The notes beneath the pieces were generated by a model. That model saw only the letters and a list, made by a program, of their open reading frames with translations, was not told the origin of the DNA and ran no database searches. Position numbers and translations under genes: made by a program. This document shows positions 56,799 to 64,000 of a stretch of DNA of 64,000 bases, one piece after another. Numbering within the stretch: the first letter of the stretch is position 1; each line of letters opens with the position of its first letter. Source of the DNA: the human T2T-CHM13v2.0 reference genome, Homo sapiens; the NCBI RefSeq assembly GCF_009914755.1, contig NC_060934.1; one strand, 5' to 3'.

Positions 56799-57166
<368 letters not shown>

Positions 57167-57351
57167 TCATTTCTTGGTAAATGAACAAATACAATGACAA
57201 GGGAAATGTGGTTAAGGTTAGTGTCTTCACTAATAGCTGCTAATAACAGAGACAAATGCTATTTAAGGTTAGGGAGAGCATTTACCTAGCACATCCTAGC
57301 AGAAAGCAGTGTAGACTTCGTTTCATTTCCAGCCTCACTTCTGGGAAATAC

Positions 57352-57502
57352 TGGCAGGGCACTTGGACCCTCAGCACCCTCTCAGTTTATCTCTTGGTAC
57401 TCTCTCTTTAGTTTTGCTCCTGTAAGATAGTGGCAGGGCCCTTGAACTTTCAACACTCTCGGTTTATCTCTCAGTACTCTCTTAAGTTTATCTGTAAAAT
57501 GG
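57352..57502. repeat. Diverged ~79-bp tandem duplication in MIR-like sequence
   Basis: Units start tggcagggc at 57352 and 57431 and share ctc(a/g)gtttatctct..gtactctct. Confidence 0.75.
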
Positions 57503-57924
57503 AAATAATGATGCCAGTTCACCATTTGACCACAGATGCTTCAAGCTCAGCATAAAGTCATTTGGAGTTGTCTTTTCTCCAGAGGGAAGATAAATATTCA
57601 GAGACATCATGAAAGCATGGACATATAGAGGAGCATTTGGACATACAGAGAAGTCCAAATTGCTTGTAATGTTATTGGGACTATTTAAGATTTTATTGCA
57701 GATTGTCTTCTTTCTGGAGAGAGTCATTTCTTTGTTCTCTATCATGATTGAGAAGGCCACCTGTGGTCTATCTAGTTCTTCACACAGTGTAGGTGCTTCT
57801 TACATTGCCTTGTGTTGGGGAAGACCCACCTTCTGAGCTATAATATAAATTGTTTGTCTATTTGCCTATTTGTTTGACTTTGGCAATAAATATCTCCTCA
57901 ATAAACGATCCTCTAATCCATCTA

Positions 57925-58135
57925 GCATTTATTGAATAACTATTACAAGCAAGCATAGTGCTAGGCCCTGCTCATATATTATCTTTAATTTTTACATTAT
58001 TCAACTAAGGTGGATTCTGCCTTCATTTTATAGGTAAGAAAAGTGCAACTTAGAGGCTCTCAATAATTTGCTCACACTTACAAAACTGGTAAGTGGGAAT
58101 TGCAGGTTTGCCCTCAGACTTTCTAACACCACTGT
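57925..58135 (-). mobile_element. MIR
   Basis: cattttataggtaagaaaagtgcaacttagagg...taatttgctcacacttacaaaactggtaagtgg. Confidence 0.7.
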
Positions 58136-59064
58136 GACCTTTGTTCAAAATGGAGTGCAGAATCCTGAGCCACTTGGGTAACATTTCAAGGACCCTTAGA
58201 GACTAATAGGTGGGCCTCTCTGTTGGTAAGAACTCTAGTTCACTGAGATTTTTCATTAATACTTTTGCATGTATGTAGCACACGAACTACATGTTTCCAA
58301 CTGAATTTTAATCTCCTTTACACAACAACTGTAGTTTTATCTTTGTTATCAGGCTGAATATAATTTTGAATACTGTGTTGAGATCCTCCCTTTACATTTG
58401 TTTGAGATGGAAAGATGAACCAAACATGGGCCTGTACACAAGTTTTGATCGCTTTTTTTTTCCATTCAAATGCTTTAGGAAGACTGGTGGAATTACGTTT
58501 TTTAAGAAAGTGAAGTCATGTGGTAACTTTTATTTGGGTTCTATTCAATTTTGGGTTTTGTAGAAGACAGGGACCAAGTCTTTTGGGTCTTTGATGACCC
58601 GTAATACCTAGTTCAATAATTTAGACATCCTAGAGGATCAATAAAAGTTGAATTTGATGACATATTAGGTTTTATTCCGTGAACTTTAGCTAGTAGAGAA
58701 AGCACTTTCATTTCCCAGAGGCAGAGAGAAAAGTCTTGATTTATACAGTGCTTCCAGTTCCCATTTTCTCAGATGAATTAGGCTTTGAGCTCTGAAGAAT
58801 TAACTAGTGTCTGTTTTCCCAGGAAGAGAAACCCAGTAGGAAAACACCTACACTTCAGTCTTAGGGAGGGATCCTGGAAGGACTCAAAGCACCCAATGGA
58901 GAAAGAAGGACCTTTGATGGGATCTGAGGCAGAACTGAATATATTTGTGAATATACAGTTTCAGCATAGCAAAAAATGACTTCATGGACCAGAATCTATC
59001 TTTTTCTTTCTCAGTAGTATGTGAGACAAAACACAGAAGATACAATTTGAGGCAAGAAAACCAT

Positions 59065-59218
59065 CTTTATTTCTGCTAAACTATGTGAACTCTGAGGACA
59101 GGGAGTGTGGCTGTCTTGTTGACGACTGAGTCCAGTAACACAGATCTTAATACCAAGACTAGCATGCAATACTTAGTAAAATTGTTATAGTAGTTAATAC
59201 GTGAATGAATAAATGAGA
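59065..59218 (+). mobile_element. L2 3' end
   Basis: aactatgtgaactctgaggacagggagtgtggctgtcttgtt...gtgaatgaataaatga. Confidence 0.7.
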
Positions 59219-59305
59219 GGATAAGTGTTTTGTAGAGAATTGCTTGGAAATACTGGACAGGTCCAGGGTGGAGTTCAGAACAGGAAACATCCAGATAACT
59301 GTTCC

Positions 59306-59480
59306 CAAACACTGCCCAATGAGTAGCCACCAGTCACATGTGGCTATTGACATTTAATTAAATAAAATGAGAAATTTTGTTTCTCAGTCTCGCTAGCCAG
59401 ATGTATTAGTGACTACCATAAAGTACAGTGCAAATATAGAACATTTCCATCAATACCGAAAGTTCTACTGGATAATGTTA
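59306..59480 (-). mobile_element. MER3 (Charlie5-derived hAT MITE)
   Basis: gtagccaccagtcacatgtggctatt...atatagaacatttccatca...gaaagttctactgga. Confidence 0.82.
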
Positions 59481-59869
59481 CTCTAGGGTACAAGGTTGAA
59501 AGAACAAAAGCCAAGCATATCTTAAAAGGTTTTTTTGGTTGTTGTTGTTTGTTTGTTTTTTATAGTATCCATCCCAGCTCACAAGTAAAAATATATTCGG
59601 GTTCCTAGGGTTTTAAGGAACTTCTGGAATAAATAATATGCTTTTGGCTGAAGAGCATCATGTATTGTATTTCATGACAGTAATACCTAAAACAAAACCT
59701 GTGTTGGGGGAAAAGCTGTAGGGTAGAAAGAAATCTTCAATACCTTCCCTGTTCAGTCCAGTCTCTAGTTATTGGCATAGATTCTAGGGATTCTTAATTA
59801 TTCCTTTTGGGACTCTGAGGATTGAGAACAAATTTTTACATTAAAAAATAAAAAATAAACTTTTCTTTC

Positions 59870-60300
59870 ATAACAAAAGTTGAAATTTAGAAAATAAAAA
59901 ATAAATAAAAGTGTAAAAATTAAAATAGCCAATTATCTCCTGAAATAATCATGTTCTAGAATGTATTTATTCTGCCTTTTTTCTATGGACTTTTATTTAT
60001 AGACATAATACATCATGAACCATTTACCATGTTATTGTTCTTGTACATTCTTAGCAACATGTTTTCCATAATGGTATTTTATTACATTAGGTAGATGTAT
60101 TACAAATTACTTAACCATATCTTGTTATTAAACATTTAATTAATTGTTTTTCGTCTCATGACAATCTATACATCAAATGTTCTTGCACACAAAGTTTGCA
60201 TACATCCTTAAAATTATTTTGAAAGCTGGGAATTCTGGATCAAATTGCAAGCAAAATTTCAAGCCTTTCTCACACGCATTGCCAAATTTGCCCTCTACAT
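59870..60300 (-). mobile_element. Old L1ME-type 3' fragment
   Basis: ttacttaaccatatcttgttattaaacatttaatt...aagctgggaattctggatcaaa...ttgccaaatttgccctc. Confidence 0.55.
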
Positions 60301-61239
60301 TCATGCTTAAGCATGAGTTTGTCCATTGGATTTTTACTAGATGCGTGCTCTGCTAACAAAACCATACGTATAGGATTTGTACTTGACTGTTACTCTTGGG
60401 GTTCAACTTGTGGGAAGTGACAAAAGTTAATTTCAGTGGTTAAATGTTAAAATCTTAGATAATGAATAAATAATTATACCTTAGGTATCTTATCTATCAT
60501 GTTGAAGACTCAAGTCATGCATCTTTAATCAACATCTGCATGAAATTATAGAAATTTTCCCAAAAGTTTAGAGGAAAAAATGGTAACATGGTTATATTTT
60601 TGGATTGTTATTGTTACTGTTTGTTTTAACATATAGACAGAATCAAAATGTGATTATTGGTAGAGATGGGGCATTCAAAATGGAAAACATTTATCATTTA
60701 ATGTTGATGTATTGGGGGTCAGTAAGTGAAAGGGCCTTTTGCAAATAGAAGTTTCTTGGTATCAACAATTGAAAAACTCTTTTCCACCATTACCCTTTTT
60801 CTCCAGAATAATATATTAGTTAGCATCTTTGAGTGTCTGCTGACTTTCTTTGATACTTTTCAATCCCGTGGGCAAAATGCCATGCAGATTAGACACAGGG
60901 AGAAAATACAATGTTGCCATCTCTTATTTTCAAAGCTCTTTTCAAATAATTTACATCTCCAGTTAATTTTCTAGGTTTACTTTAATGTTTTACTACTAAG
61001 ATGACATCGTTTTATTATTCTCATAGTGGACTTATTCAAGCCTTGTTTCTTGGGTCCCTTGTGGGCCCTTAACTCTAGTTTAAGTATTTTCCTCAAAGAC
61101 AATAATTAATAGAATGATTCAGTGTTCCCTTTATGCTAAGTCCCTAATCTAGCGATATTTTCACTCTGGCCATTTTTTTCTGGCACACACTTTAAACAGG
61201 CATGGAAGAGAAATTCTTTGGTAAATTAAGTGGGTAAAT

Positions 61240-61575
61240 GCAAAGATTCTGAAGCATTTATCTAGTTTCAAATTTTGACTCTGTACTTACTAATTGCATG
61301 ACTTCGGGTATATTACTTAACTTCTCTGGCTTCACAGTCCTTATCTGTAAAACTGAATATGTGTCTGGCATATTTCACTTAGCATAACGTCATCCAAGGC
61401 CATCCATATTGTGGCAAATGACAAGATCTCTTTCTTTTTAAAGTCTGAATAATATTCCATTGTGTGTGTGTGTGTACATAATTACCTTGTAGGATTTCTA
61501 AGATTGTATAAATTAATATTTATAAAGTGCTAACAGTAGTGCTTGCCCCTTTGTATTTTAAAGTATTTGTTAGAT
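61240..61575 (+). mobile_element. MIR interrupted by a 116-bp L1MA-derived segment (61360-61475)
   Basis: ttcaaattttgactctgtacttact...ccttatctgtaaaactg before the insert; taccttgtaggatt...taaagtgctaacagtagtgc after it. Confidence 0.75.
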
Positions 61576-62168
61576 AAATAAGGGACTCTCTTCTTTTTTA
61601 CTTATTCTGAAATAAATTTTATTTCATGTATTGTGTATATTTAAGGTATAGAACATAATGTTGTAAAATACAAATTTATATTAAAATAGTTATCATAGCG
61701 GAACAAATTAACACATCCATCATCTCACATAGTTACCCATTTTTCACCTTGTGGCAAGAACAGCTGTAATCTACTCACTTAACAAAAATACTGAATACAA
61801 AACACTATTATTAACTATAGTTTCATGTTGTACATTAGATCTTTGGACAGCCTACATATTTGCTACTTTGCATCCTTTAACTTACATCTCCCCATTCCCC
61901 ACCAACACTACCCTGGCAAACAATGTTTTTATTCTCTTTCTATCTCTATCTATATGACTTTTTTTTAAATAAAAGATTTTTCATATAAGTGAGATTATGC
62001 AATAGTTTTCTTTCTGTGTCTGGCAAATTTCGCTTAGCATAATGTCTTCCAGGTCCATCCATGTTGTGGCAAATGACAAGATCTCTTTCTTTTTAAAGTC
62101 TGAATAATATTCCATTGTGTGTGTGTGTGTCCATTAGTGGACAAATAGCATGAATAAAGAAGTTATCT

Positions 62169-62171
62169 ACA

Positions 62172-62204
<33 letters not shown>
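62169..62204. repeat. (CA)n microsatellite
   Basis: Direct reading. Confidence 0.9.
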
Positions 62205-62206
<2 letters not shown>

Positions 62207-62333
62207 CTTAGTTTCCTTATCCATTTGTCCACTGATGGACATCTAGGTTGTTTCTAAGTTGTTTCCATATCTTGGCTACTGTGAATAAGGCTGCAATGAA
62301 CATGGAAGTGCAGATATCTTTACAAGGAAGTGA

Positions 62334-62691
<358 letters not shown>

Positions 62692-62695
62692 ATGA

Positions 62696-63073
<378 letters not shown>

Positions 63074-64000
63074 TAATGTACAAGAGTTGCCTTTTCTCCA
63101 CACCCTCACCAACACTTGTTATCTCTTGCCATTTTGATAATAACTATCCTAACAGGTATAAGGGGGTATCTCATAGTGGTTTTGATTTGCATTTCCCTGA
63201 TGATTCATAATATTGGCCAAATATTCATGTACTTGTTGGCCAGTTTTATGTCACTTTTGGAGAAATGTTTACTCAAGTCCTTTGCTCATTTTTAAACTTG
63301 ATTATTTGCTTTGTTGCTATTTAGATCTATGAGTTCTTTAAAAATCTTTGATATTAACCCCTTATCTGATATATGGTTTTGCAAATATTGCTTTCTAATC
63401 TATAGGCTACCTTTTCATTTTGTTAATTGTTTTCTTTGCTGTGCAGAAGATTTTTAGTTTGATAGAGTCTCATTTATTTTTGCTTTTATAGCCTGAACTT
63501 TTGGTGTGATGTGCAAGCAATCATTGCCAAGGCCAATGTAAAGGAGATTTTCCCCTATATCTTCTTGTAGAAGTTTTGTGATTTCAGGTCTTACATTTAG
63601 GTCTTTTATTCGTTTTGAGTTGATTTTTGAATATGGTTTGATAAGGGTCCAATTTCATTCTTTTGCATGTAGAAATTCAGTTTTCCCAGTGCCACTTGTT
63701 GAAGAAATGATCCTTTTCCCTTGGTGTATTTTTGATGCCCTTGTCAAAAATTAGCTGGCTATATGTTTGAATTTCTGGACTCCTTTTTGTTCCACTGGTC
63801 TATGTAACTGTCTTTATGCCAGTTCCATATTGTTTTGATGACTACAGCTTTGTAAAATGATTTTAAGTCAGAAAGCATGATGCCTCCAACTTTGTTTGTT
63901 TTCCTCAGAATTGCTTTGACTATTCAGGACCTTTTGTGATTCTATGCACATTTACGATTTTTTTTTCTATTTCTGTGAATAACGCCATTGGGCTTTGATA

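Overview
AT-rich primate genomic DNA, very probably human: it carries a near-pristine AluYg6-lineage element, a subfamily I recall as human-specific. It reads as deep intron or intergenic sequence. I cannot identify any protein-coding exon of a known gene, RNA gene, CpG-island promoter or CRISPR-like array. The supplied ORFs are explained by L1 ORF2, Alu or Hsmar2 remnants, or by chance. Much of the window is interspersed repeat: 17 Alu-derived elements, L1s of many ages (including a twin-primed 5'-inverted L1PA nested with two other insertions in an L1MB), L2/MIR, MaLR and ERVL LTRs, an Hsmar2 mariner, and a ~2.8 kb Charlie5-type hAT fossil plus its MER33 and MER3 derivatives. The sequence does not support a new multi-gene biological system. 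The observations most worth checking are: (i) young, possibly polymorphic retroinsertions (AluYg6-like; a 24-nt Alu stub with a perfect 17-bp TSD); (ii) several template-switch or templated-insertion scars readable at base level; (iii) an HNF4+FOXA motif pair lying between two copies of a ~100-bp non-TE direct repeat, a consensus CTCF core and a SOX-OCT compressed motif; (iv) a GATA-rich perfect inverted repeat; (v) a few candidate unannotated exons. Subfamily names come from my recall of consensus sequences, not from a search, and the boundaries of old repeats are approximate.
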